Source: Scyliorhinus canicula (Eukaryota). From it: 64,000 nt of DNA. The translations under genes and the position numbers were made by a program. The notes beneath the pieces are model-generated. The model ran no database searches and had not been told where the DNA came from. It worked only from the letters and a program-made list of their open reading frames with translations. This document shows positions 12,061 to 25,000 of this stretch, one piece after another (positions within the stretch are counted from its first letter, which is position 1; every line of letters begins with the position of its first letter). The DNA is taken from contig NC_052146.1 of NCBI RefSeq assembly GCF_902713615.1, forward strand, positions 310,264,335 through 310,328,334, in the 5' to 3' direction.

Positions 12061-13000
12061 TCCTGGTTCTGTGACAATATCCTGGCACTGTTCGTTTGAG
12101 GGTTTGTCCATTCATTAATTCTGTTAATTGTTCATTTGATGCTGAAAAGAATACAAGAGGAGAGTGATGGGACACTGGAGTGGGTGAGGGGGGAGGCAGA
12201 CCTGTGCAATGTTGCATTCTGTAAATGAATCCAGTATTGAATAAAAGATTGGCGTCCGATTCTCTATTTCAGCATCAGCCTTCACAATCAGTTAACATTC
12301 CCTCATTCTGGAATTCTGTACAATTCCATCGCCATTAACTCAAACCTTTCACACAAACCAAATCTTTTTCTATGAAAATTAAAAATAGATTAGTTTCCAA
12401 AACTAAAGCTGCAGCCAACGTGAGAATAAAGGATAATTTCAGCTCCTCTGAGGAGTTTGTCCAGATTGTAACTCTGTTCCTAATGACGGGGAAACTCCCA
12501 GACTCCATCTCCAGCCTGCACAGAGTGAGCTGATCCCAGATGGAATGACAGTCGGGGCTACAGTTGGTCTGAACACCGAGTGGATATGAAAGGAAAATTG
12601 TTCAGTATTCCCACTCCATACACTGGGAATCATGGCTGGAAATGTGTGTGTACATGTTATTGAATATCTGTGTGTCAGTATATGTTAACGTGTACACGTG
12701 TCTGTGTGTCTATGTACATTTGGGAATGTGTGTCTGTTTGTAGATATTTTGGTCTATCTTTGTACCAGTGAAGGTGTGTGTGTATTGTTTATATGTTACA
12801 CACAGTATTAAATATATTACCACACGGGGCTAATAATGGTCCATTCCACACTGGACTCCCTGCTCTCTATCGATTCTCTGCAGTGTTGCTGAAATGGGTC
12901 CATTTTGAGTCAGGCTTTCCCACAGTTTCACCATTTATACAAAAAGTGACAGAATTCACCTGCTTTTCCTGACCCTCTGTTCAGTGTGATAGAAACATAC

Positions 13001-13043
13001 CTTTAATCTCACTGTACACAGACGAAGTTGGTTGCTGTAATGC
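13001..13043 (-). CDS. ITAM second-half exon (ALQQPTSSVYSEIK)
   Basis: ctctattttccctcag| ... |gtatgt, 43 nt, phase 0 to 1. Joined to 14206-14165 it gives D-x-x-YTAL-x7-YSEI. Confidence 0.8.
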
Positions 13044-16000
13044 CTGAGGGAAAATAGAGACATGTTAGAAATTGTGATTGTGTAACACGTGCACAATGAG
13101 AGGCACATTTGGAAATGTTCTACATTCTAATGATAGCTGCTTATGGGAAAAAGGGATTTATTTTACTCCGTGTCGATCGATGAGAGGAGCTTCCCGAATT
13201 GCTACGTTTTGACGTGTGGACTGGGGAGAGGGGGCGATGGTCTGAGGCTGGGATTGGACAGTGTTGGAGATTGGAAAGTGGAGATAGTAATTCATAGAAT
13301 TATAGAATCTTAGAATTTACAGTGTGGAAGGAGGCCATTCGGCCCATCGAGTCTGCACCGGCCCTTGGAAAGGGCACCCTACCCAAGCCCACACATTGAT
13401 CCTAACCCCATGACCCAATAACCTCAAGCAAACTTTTTGGACACTGAGGGTAATTTAGCTTGGCCAATCCACCTAACCTGGATTGTGGGAGGAAACTGCA
13501 GCTCCCGGAGGAAACCCACACACAAATGGGGAGAACATGCAGACTCCACACAGACAGTGACCCAAGCCAGGAATCTAACCTGGGAACCTGGAGCTGTGAA
13601 GCAACTGTGCTAACCACTATGCCACCGTGCTGCCCTTAAAGAGCACCCTACCTATACCCATACCTCCACCCTAACCCCACACCTCCACCCTACCCTGTAA
13701 CCCCACCGAACCGTCTTTGGCCACGAAGGGCAATTTAGCATTGCCAATACACCTAACCTGCACATCTTTAGATTGTGGGAGGAAACCGGAGCACCCGGAG
13801 AAATCCCATGCAGACACAGGGAGAATGTGCAGACTCCGCACAGTGACCCAAGCCGGGAATCGAACCTGGAACCCTGGAGCTGTGAAGCAACTGGGCTAAC
13901 CACTGTGCTACCGTGCTGCCAACTGACACAGTGAGCCTCTGACATGAGAATTGAGCAGCAAGATCCCAGTGATCCAGTGGGGAAGCCAGCATGGTTGGCA
14001 CGTTGCTTAGTCACTGAGCCCAATCCCATTGGTTGTGATTGGTGGGTGGACGAATCAATACAATACTTAGGGACCAATCAGATCCCAGAAAGAGGAAACT
14101 TTGAACCTGTGGTGAATGTTGATCACCAGACATATCCCTGTTTGTTGTAGTGAGAGATCTTTACCGTGTACGTTGGGTCAGAATCTGCTGGAGAATCATC
14201 CAAATTCTGAAACAAAATGTAAACAGTGAAGATTGGGTTTAGCAGCTGGTGTGAAAATGAGAATTTAGCAAAACCTGGGTCGGGATTCTCCAACACCCCC
14301 CCCCCCCCCAACCCCCCCCCCCCCCCCACCCCACCCCAGCCGGGTCGGAGTTTGCCGGGGGGCGGCGTGAATCCCATCCCGCCAGTCTGACGCCGGCTGC
14401 AGAATTCTCCGGCGCTGGTTTTCGGACGGAGGTGGGGTTCACACCGTACCGGCCAGTGGCCGTCGGCAGCGGCTCACCCGGATATTCTCCGGGCCCTGAT
14501 GGGCCGAGCAGCCACCCGTTTCTGGTCAGTCCCGCCGGTGTGAAATAGACATGGTCCATCCCGGTGGGAACCGGCTTGGAGGGCGGCTAGCGGAATCCTC
14601 GTGGGGGTGCGGGGGGCCCCTGGAGGGGTCCCCAAGGTGGCCTGGCCCGCGAACGATGCCCATCCAATCTACGGGGGGGCCTGTGCCGTGGGGCACTCTT
14701 TCCCTCTGCGCTTGCGCAGGAAACACGCTGGCGGTTCTGCACATGCGCCAACTCGCGCCGGCCTAACTCACAGATGTGCGGAGGATTCCACAACTTCTGC
14801 GCGGCCCGACCCTGGAGTGCTTCGCACCGCTCTTGGTGCCGGTACGGGCCGCCCCGCCTATGCTGGAGAATCCCGCCCCTGATTATAATGTATCAGGAAT
14901 TATTGTCTGGAAAGGTTTATATTTCCATGACGGTGCCCGATTTCTGACACAGGTGAATTCAGCAGGAGGTAAAGTACATTACACTCAGAATCTTTCACAC
15001 AATCTTTCCAGTGCAGAAAGAGGCCCCTCGGCTAAACAGGTCTGTACTGGCCCTCTGCAAGAACATTAGACTGAGACCCACACCCCTGCCTTATCCCCGG
15101 AACCTTGCACATTCTCACTTTCCAGATAACAATCCAATTCCCTTTTGAATATCTCGATTTCACCTCCCTCCACCACCCTCACAGGAAGTTCATTCAACCT
15201 CTGGCTCACTTCTTCTCCTTTTGCTCATTATTGTGAATGTGTGCCCTCGAGTTCTTGATGTACGTTTGAGTGGGAACAGTTTCTCCTGCACAAAATATTT
15301 GCCGATGATACAAAGTTGGGTGGGAGGGTGAGCTGTGAGGAGGATGCAGAGATGCTTCAGCAGGATTTGGACAGGCTGAGTGAGTGGGCACATGCATGGC
15401 AGATGCAGTATAATGTGGATAAATGTGAGGCTATCCACTTCTGGGGCAAAAATAGGAAGTTAAATATAATTTGAATGGGTGTTAATTGGGAGAGGTGGAT
15501 AATCAGCGAAACCTGGGTGTCCTCGTGCATCAATCGCTGAAAAGTAAGCGCACAGATACAGCCGGCAGTAAAGAAGGCAAATGGTTGGCCTTCATAGCCA
15601 GAGGATTTAAATACAGGAATAGAGATGTTTTACTGGAATTGTATGGGGAATTGGTGAGGCCATACCTGGAGTATTGTCTGCAGTTTTGATGTCCGTATCT
15701 GAGGAAGGATGCTTTTGTGGGTATAGAAATCAGGGAGAAGGAGTGTAATAAAATTGAAGAGATTAACAGAGACAGAGAGGAGGTTCTGAGTAGTGTGGAA
15801 GGCACTAAAGTAGATAAATCTCCAGGTAGAAGGACTTTGATAAATGTAGAAGAAATTACAAGATAGAGCTCTTGGTAAATGGCAGGACCCTGGGAAGCAC
15901 CGAGTTTCAGAGGAATTTTGGTGTGCATGTACACCCATCCCTTAATGTAGCAGTGTAGGTGGATACAGTGGTACCCTATATTGTACTGTGATGAGCTCAT

Positions 16001-19000
16001 TAACTGTTCTGTTACTAATGTGTGAGTAACACATGTTTCCTGATGTCATACTAACTTCTATTGTTCTAGTTTCTGATCTAGACGGGGGGTTTCGAACAGC
16101 GACATTTCCCATTCAGCCATCCAAAGTGTAGGTGGGTATCACATCCCCACCAACACCGCACCCATTTCACACTCCATTGAGCATTGATTGGCTTGAGGTG
16201 GGACCTCTGCCCCTCACCCGGGAAGAAGTCCCTCCTTAGACAGCTGCTGGCCAATCTGATTGTCCGGCTGGGCCCAGGTGCCTGCAGCGCCAGAGGCTGC
16301 TGTGGACAGAAGTGGGATTGCATGCAGTCCCTGGGAATGAGGTCATGGGAAATCAGGTAAAGGGACATTTTCAGAGAATTAAGGTGGAGAGGGTAGGGAA
16401 GGTGGATGGGAGATGGAGAGTGGGGGATTGGGGTGTTGAGTGAGAGGCCAGGGGGTGGGGGAGGGACAGGGATATTCAGCGGCAACCAGTCCTTAAGGGG
16501 AGGGCTCCCAATGTCAAAGTTGGCTTCTGATTGAGGCCACTCCCCACCGCGGTACCCTTCCGCCAACACCCCCCCTTTTATACCGAGGCCCAAACATATT
16601 TGGGCTTCACCCTTTGGTGGGAAATCCTCCAATTGAGGCTGGGCATTAAATGGCCCTTGTGGCCAATAATTGGCTACTTAAGGGCCTGATTGGGGAAAGG
16701 GTGAGCAGCCTGTCCAAGGCCTCCCCGGTCCCAGTGTAAAATGGCTGAGAGGTCAGGGTGCGCGGGAACCCAATGGGAAGTCCATTTGTGCTGTTTCACA
16801 TTCATCCCTCGCCTAAAAATGTACCGTGTGAAAGTCAAGCCCTTATTTGCATGGTCGCATCCTGCTGATTGGCTGGTTGGAGATGGAGAAACACTTCAAA
16901 CAAAAGTGAGAGAAACAATCGGAAATTACCGGCAAAAACTTCCAGAATCAACTCACACTGCAGACCAGCCAAGAATAAACAATTAAAAATAAACCTAGCA
17001 AATCACTCAAAACAGTTTCTCCACCATTTTATTTCTCAGTATATAATAATTCCTGTGTATACAATCAAGATTTTAATATCAAATTCTCAAAAAATATAAA
17101 TTGTCCCAAAAATGTGAATAAATTGATCCCAAGTATTTTTATTCCTGGAATTTATTTCTTTCCTAATCCTAGTGAATCTGTGACACTGGGCCCACTGCAG
17201 GCTGTGTACTGACAGTATTCCCAATGTTCCCATAGGTGACACATCCCAATGAATGGATGATGAAGGAATGGCTGATGTAAACAATCTGGATGGTGTGTGA
17301 CTGGGAGGTAACTTGGAATTGAAGATGTTGCCACAATGATGCTGCTGCTGTGTTTCTTGGTGGTAGAGAAACCAGGGGAGGGCAGTGTGGCCCAAATAAC
17401 CTTCAGCGAGCTGCTGCGCTGCATCCTGTAGATCAGCCACCAGAGTGCGCTGCTGGTGGAAATGGAAACCCCACCAACCCCCAGTGAACTGCTCTATCCC
17501 CAACGCTGCCCACATTCTCAAATGTTGCTGCAGGCTAACCCACCCAGGCAAGCAGCAAGTGTTCAAGGGCACATCTAACATGCCTTTTAGATTGTGAGGA
17601 AGCTGTGAGGGGTTAGAAGGTGAACCAGTTGCCCCAGATGAATGGCTGTTAACCAGGTCTAATTGTAGACCAGTATCAGCTTCTTCATTAGCAGGGGTGG
17701 AGGGAGAGTGTGAAATCATTAGCAAATACCCTCCTTATTGACACAGATCCAGGTGATTATTGAAGCAGCGGAAGATGGCTGAGCCTAGGAGACAACTCTG
17801 ATGTGCTGGGGTTGTGGTAATTGGCCCTTTGACCACATTTCAATTCCATTCTGCAAGCGCTCCTTGGCGCTATCATCAGCTGATTTCAAATTGGTCACCA
17901 ACACCAGTCCGGCTCCGAATTCTCCAGTGATCTCTGGCCACTCTCCACAGCAACGTGTCCCATTCAAACCCCTTCCCAGGGATCCAGGAGGAGGCAGAGC
18001 ACAGGTTTCTCTCCATCACCGGGGCCTCTAGGATTGAGCCCAGACTAATCCACACCTCAACAATCTCTCCACAATCCACACTGACACCCAGTGGAAAGGA
18101 TTAGTCACTGACCAATATTTCACAATTATTAGTCCTTAATACTGCAAAGCAAAACCAACAGTTACAAATATTTCCCTCAATGAAAGGAAATGATAAATGC
18201 AATGTGCTTTTATGACAGAAATGGTTGTAGCAATATTCACAAAGCAAATAATGTCTTCTTAGGCAGATTACAGACTTCATTTCATGAACAATGTTCTCAG
18301 CCCAGTGTCACATTTGGGCAATTTCAGTCTCTCAAGTAATATCAGGGTTTGTGTGTCCAGTAATATCAGGGTGTGTGTGTCCAGTAATATCACGGTCTGA
18401 GTGCCCAGTAATATCAGGGTCTGTGTGTCCAGTAATATCAGGGTCTGTGTGTCCAGTAATATCAGGGTCTGTGTGTCCAGTAATATCAGGGTCTGTGTGT
18501 CCAGTAATATCAGGGTTTGTGTGTCCAGTAATATCAGGGTGTGAGTGTCCAGTAATATCAGGGTGTGTGTGTCCAGTAATATCAGGGTCTGTGTGTCCAG
18601 TAATATCAGGGTGTGTGTGTCCAGTAATATCAGGGTCTGTGTGTCCAGTAATATCAGGGTGTGAGTGTCCAGTAATATCAGGGTCTGTGTGTCCAGTAAT
18701 ATCAGGGTCTGTGTCTCCAGTAATATCAGGGTTTGTGTGTCCAGTAATATCAGGGTTTGTGTGTCCAGTAATATCAGGGTCTGTGTGTCCAGTAATATCA
18801 GGGTCTGTGTGTCCAGTAATATCAGGGTCTGAGTGTCCAGTAATATCAGGGTCTGAGTGTCCAGTAATATCAGGGTGTGTGTGCCCAGTAATATCCGGGT
18901 CTGTGTGTCCAGTAATATCAGGGTCTGTGTCTCCAGTAATATCAGGGTTTGTGTGTCCAGTAATATCAGGGTTTGTGTGTCCAGTAATATCAGGGTTTGT

Positions 19001-22000
19001 GTGTCCAGTAATATCAGGGTCTGATTGTCCAGTAATATCAGGGTCTGTGTGTCCAGTAATATCAGGGTCTGTGTGTCCAGTAATATCAGGGTCTGAGTGT
19101 CCAGTAATATCAGGATTTGTGTGTCCAGTAATATCAGGGTCTGTGTGTCCAGTAATATCAGGGTCTGTGTGTCCAGTAATATCAGGGACTGAGTGTCCAG
19201 TAATATCAGGGACTGAGTGTCCAGTAATATCAGGGTTTGTGTGTCCAGTAATATCAGGGTCTGTGTGCCCAGTAATATCAGGGTCTGGGACGGTCTGTGT
19301 GCCCAGTAATATCAGGGTCTGGAAGGGTCTGTGTGTCCAGTAATATCAGGGTCTGGGATTTACGATCTCGCTCTGATATTGTTGAGAGATTGAAGCCGTT
19401 GAAATGTGCAGGAAAGGCAGAGATGATTGTGATTGGGTAAGGTTTTGGTCACTGCTGCTTGTCCCACTGGTTAATTGTTGCTGGTTTTGAGGTTTAAGAA
19501 CGTTGAACAACAGCATACTCCGCCGTGCTTTCAGTCAGTGATACTGCCGGCTGCCTGGTACCTGGGCAATGGAATTGAATGATTTCTTCTTCTTTGCCTT
19601 TCTCTCTGGAAGGTACTGACAGGCTGCTGGGATGTGTTTTGTATTGACTCTGGTCGCTCTGCTACAGCTGTGAATTTGTGCAGAGCAAGATCCCACAAAT
19701 AACAATGTGACAATGACCAATCAGCTTTGGTAATGTTTTTTCGGGATAAATATCACCCAGGACATTAAAGGATGATTCCTCTGCCCATCTTCCATATAGT
19801 CCCAGGGAATATTTTACATTTCATGTCCTTATACCTCAGGGACTGCAGCGGTTCAAGAAGGCAGCTCCCCACCACCTCCTCAATGATAGAATCCCGCTGC
19901 CAGCGAACAGCGCGCGGCCGAGGAACACACGTCTGGGGGGCCCGAGAATCCAGTCCCCAGTGTTAGAATGTAAGTTATTGTTTTCAATGGCATGATCTGT
20001 CCAAACACCAATCACGCGGAAGAGAATCACATTTTCGCTTCTCTACAGAGTTTAGGCCCCACGGTGACTTTCTCACGGACGGAGAGGGGCTCAAAATCAC
20101 CCCTCAACAAATCACCCCTCAACAAATCACCCCTCAACAAATCACCCCTCAACAAATCACCCCTCAACAAATCACCCCTCAACAAATCGCCCCTCAACAA
20201 ATCGCCCCTCAACAAATCGCCCCTCAACAAATCGCCCCTCAACAAATCACCCCTCAACAAATCACCCCTCAAAAAATCACCCCTCAAAAAATCACCCCTC
20301 AAAAAATCACCCTCAAAAAATCACCCCTCAAAAAATCACCCCTCAAGTTTCAGGTTGGAAACCCACACAAACTCTGTCCCCAACTTTAACCTGGTCACAT
20401 AGAAGTTGCTAGAAACTTTTCAAAAAATGTCTGAGAATAAAATAAGCAGTGATTCTGCAAGTCAGTGTGTGTGCGAAATGGCGACAGAATGAAGGAGAGA
20501 GAGTGGTCTCCCGTGTGAGGGAGAGGGCTGCAATGCGAGAGTGGGTGTTTGTGTGTGAGAGGGTGAGTGTCTGTGTGTGTATGAGGGTGTGTGTCTGTGT
20601 GTGTATGAGGGTGTGTGTCTGTGTGTGTATGAGGGTGTGTGTGTGAGAGGCTGTGTGAGAAGNNNNNNNNNNNNNNNNNNNNNNNNNNNNNNNNNNNNNN
20701 NNNNNNNNNNNNNNNNNNNNNNNNNNNNNNNNNNNNNNNNNNNNNNNNNNNNNNNNNNNNNNNNNNNNNNNNNNNNNNNNNNNNNNNNNNGTGTGAAAGT
20801 GTATCTGTGAGTGTGTGAGAGAGAGTGTGAGACTGTGTGTGAGTGTGAGTGTGTCAATGTATGAGTGTGTGTGATGGAGTGGGAAGTTGTGAAACTTCCT
20901 CCCAAGGATTAAACTAACCTTCTGAGTTACTGTTAACTCCAGATTTCTGCAGTTTATTAGTAAATTGGTTCACAGAACCCAATAGATTTGAAAAATATGC
21001 CATCACCAACTAATTGAAAACACGTTGTGCAGACAGACAGGTGGAGCGGGGAAATCAGAGCAGGTTGTCTATCACTCTCCTGTCTGTAACAGGATTGATT
21101 TGTAAACTTACAGTAACATTCAAACTCCTCCTCTTTCATTGATGTGGTTCCTATTTTGGGAAATGGCAGCAAATCTAAAATGCAGCAAAGAACAACAGCT
21201 AAGCCCCATTTCCATTTCCTTACCAAAGGAGCAGGAGGGGCTTCTTGAACCTCTTGATTGCTGCTCCGTGTTTTATCTGAAAGAAAACACAAAGATGGTT
21301 CTTCAGAATAGATCCATGTAAAGGCCGAGCTCAGGAAACTGGGAATGATAAGCAAATGAAAATTCCGGAGTGACCTTGGGCAGTTTTCCCGGGAGACATG
21401 AGGCCTCCTCTCCGTTATAAAGCTCATCAGAGAGATCAGACATCACAGAACAGGAGGAGGCCATTCAGCCCATTGAATCTGTGCTGATTCTTTAAAGGGC
21501 CATTGTGCCTAATCCCACATTCCTGCTTTTTATCCGGAATCCTGTAAATTCCTGAGACATACACAGAAACGTGGAAAATAGAATCAGGAGGAGGCCATTC
21601 GGCCCTCGAGCCTGCTCCCCCATTCATTATGATCATGGCTGATCATCAAGTTCAGTACCCTGATCCCGCCTTACCCCATATCCCCCGATCCCTTTAGCCC
21701 CAAGAGCAAAATCTAATTCCTTCTTGAAATTACACAACATTTTGGCCTCAACGACTTTCTGTGGGAGTGAATTCCACAGATTCACCCCTCTCTCTGGGTG
21801 AAGACATTTCTCCTCACCTCAGTCCTCAAAGGTTTACCCCTTATCCTCAAACTATGACCCCTAGTTCTGGACTCCCCCACCATCGGGAACATTCTTTCTG
21901 AATCTACCCTGTCTAATCCTGTTAGAATTTTAGAAGTTTCTATGAGATCCCCTCTCACTCTTCTAAACTCCAATGAATATAATCCTAACCCACTTAGTCT

Positions 22001-25000
22001 CTCCTCATAGGACAGTCCCACCATCCCAGGATTCAGCCTGGTAAACCTTCGCTGCTCTCCCTCCATAGCAAGTACCTGCCCAACTCTCTTTGAAGATGAT
22101 TTCTGGAATCATCTTCCACCACATTTTCCGGGCGAGCTTTTCAGATCCCGACAATTCTCTGAGTGAAAAACATTTCTCCCCGTCTAACCCCTCTCGATCT
22201 TTACCCAATGATTTTCAATCTCTGATCTCTAGTTGTTAACCCACTCGCCAGAGCAAATAGTTTTTCTCTCTCAATTCAATCAAAACTCTCATCTCAAACT
22301 AATCGGTCAACTCTTAACCATCTCCAGTCCCAGGAATCCCTCTGAGAACTGACAATGTGATCACTCTACAAGGATATTCCAGACGCTGGTGAAATATCGG
22401 AGGCCGTTCCGTGGACTTTCTTTGTCTGAAAGTTTATCTTTTTGGGGTCACTCGCTGTAACATTGCCACCCTGAGGGTATGTCTCACACTCTGCAGCTAC
22501 AGGGCTGGGGACAGCCTCCTACCATCTTCATTCTGTCCCATGTAGCTTTACAGCATTTAACGGTAAACTTTGCAAATCAGACAAATAAATTGGTCAAATT
22601 ATTCGCATGTTAATTCCATCCCAAAACTAACAGCATCAAAGGGGTATCTGGGATCGAGCGTAATTCCCGGTGAACGTGGCAACAATGGTTGAATTAGTTT
22701 ACTCACCGCCCACTGTTGCATACACAGGGTTCTGGTCTTCATCAGGGATCCTAAAGAAATGCCACACATTAGCTTCATTGCAGCGTTACCGCAGAACAAC
22801 AGGTCACACTCTTGCTGGAGACGGAGTTTAGATTTTCCAACATGGACCTTTGATTCCAGTTTTTAAGGACGATGACACGGATGAGCCAGATATCCGGAAT
22901 CATTCACTAAATAAGCAGAATTTGCTCTCCAATGAAGAAAGGAATCCAAACTCTCTTCATAACTTAAACGTTCCATCCCAGGCAACATCCTGGTGAATCT
23001 CCTCTGCACCCCCTCCAGTGCAATCACATCCTTCCTATAATGTGGTGACCAGAACTGCACACAGTACTCCAGCTGTGGCCTCACCAAAGTTCTACATAAC
23101 TCCAACATGACCTCCCTGCTTTTGTAATCGATGCCCCGATTGATAAAGGCAAGTGTCCCATCTGCCGTTTTCACCACCCCATTAACCCAACTCAATAAAC
23201 ACAAAGCATGTCACACTTTGGGAAAGGGCTGGAAACAGTGCGGACTTCTCCTGGGAAATCTGATCCATCTCATTTCTATCAAAGCAATGCAAACTGTGCA
23301 GATGTCCACGGTCACACCACCTAAACCAGACTGGTCAGGATTCCCCTGGGCTCCCAGTGAATCCACAATGAATACTTGGATTTTCCGCTATCTGGGCCAT
23401 GCACTGACTGCTGTCTCGTTACAACCTGGAAATTTCAACACCCATTTTGCACAATATTCTCCGGAACATTTTAATGTTTTGAATATTAGTTAAGAAACAC
23501 CGAGGCTGTCTGTCCTTCACTGACAGTGAAAGTTATATCAGTTTTGGAAGACATGCTAGAGAGCTCTCCACTCCAAGCTGATTAAGCTGTCAGGCTTTAG
23601 TGAGGAAACAGGAGAGATTCACTGGGATTGGATCTGGTGTCAGGAAAACAAATACAAAGAAAGACGGGAGACATTTTTTATCATCAGCATAACCCAGATT
23701 GCAGAGCAATATGATCAAAGGTCTTCAAAATTCTTTAAACTTGGGATAGAAGAGATGGAAGCGGACTTTTGCAGGGAGGGTGAAGATTGAGGAGCTCTGG
23801 ACACAAGCTTATGGAAGAGACTTAGAAGAGGGCAGGTAAATATCTTGACACAGAGTCGGGAGGATGTGGGATTTACCCAGACTAGTGGGTGAGACAGAAA
23901 TAATGTCAACATTTGAGATTAGATTGGAGAGGGAGGTGATGAAAAAGAACGCTGAAGAGATATGGGAACATGGTGTGAATATGATGAGAACTATTTCCTT
24001 GTGGGGAGAGTAAAGGCCGACATGGGCTGTTTAGACAGAGAGCATGAACACTAGTTTGTTCTAACCACCATGAGGGACTGTGCAGCCAGCGAGACACGGG
24101 CACTGAACCAGCACGCAGGGCGAGGGTGGCAATTATCCAGCACTAATGTCCGAAGGGCGAGGTTTAGAGCTTCAACTGTTAAAACCATCCTGGCTCTCAG
24201 CAGCAGCAGTTAGGTGCCTGTTGGTCAATACTGGGGTGGTTGTGATGCCAGGACAGTTGGAGATGACTGGCACCAGTCAAGCACTGGCACATGTGTTGGT
24301 CTCAACAGTAGCAGCTCACACCACTTGAACGCTAGGCTGCAAGGGGAATGTGGCTGCTCAATAAAAGCAGCAAGTTATAAAATAATGACCCTGTGCAGTA
24401 ACAGTATCAAACACAAGATGAGTCATATTTACCTTTGTGTGGAGTTCTTTGCAGAGTGCAACCTCTTTTTTACAAGATAACATGTGAGCAGAGCAAAGCA
24501 GAACAAGACAACAAAGGCCAGAATTATCCCCGTGCTTAAAACAATCACATCTGAAGTCCTGGGATTCTTGTCGGATGATTGTTCTGTAAAATATCAGAAT
24601 GTTAGACACACGGCAGCTTCAGTATATTCAGCTTCAGATATTAGTTCAGCCTCAATCAGAATATTACATCCAGTTCTGGGTATCGCACTTTAGGAAGGAT
24701 GTGAAGGTATCGGAGAGAGTGCAGCAAAGATTCAAGACAATGGATCCAGGGATGGGGAACTTCAGTTCTGGGGATATATTGGAGAAGTTGGACCATTCTC
24801 CTTGGAGAGAAGAAGGATCAGAGGAGATTTGATAGAGATGTTCAAAATCACTGGAGTTCTGACCAGAGCAGACAGGGAGAAACTGTTCCACTTTCTGAAA
24901 AGATTGAGAGACAGAGGGCAAAACAATAATTTGCAAAAACGGCAATTGCGAAATGAAGAAAAAACTTCTTCCACACAGCGAGTGGTTAGGGTCTGGAATG

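Larger units (their letters stand above)
14055..15970. repeat. Local duplication copy A
   Basis: Shares long near-identical blocks with 5055-5950 and 2200-2875; carries a MITE at 14278-14878. Confidence 0.85.

Noticed and set aside
13001-13043. SVYSEI read as a lone ITIM (inhibitory receptor)
   Set aside because: It fits the ITIM pattern alone, but the phase-compatible 14206-14165 exon supplies D-x-x-YTAL at the ITAM spacing; ITIM-like use remains possible only if that exon is skipped.
17876-18079. WIPGKGFEW resembling IgH framework 2
   Set aside because: No correctly spaced Cys/Trp, no DxAxYYC and no splice sites; treated as chance.
18291-19343. 350-aa (CPVISGSV)n ORF
   Set aside because: A stop-free frame of a 24-bp minisatellite lying antisense within an intron; no non-repeat domain.
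19531-19667. Possible terminal exon (SVAERPESIQ...ITD-stop)
   Set aside because: Weak polypyrimidine tract, and it would exclude the much better supported ITAM exons; not supportable without transcripts.
20957-21427. 156-aa ORF as a single coding exon
   Set aside because: It spans two small exons and reads through introns with strong splice sites.
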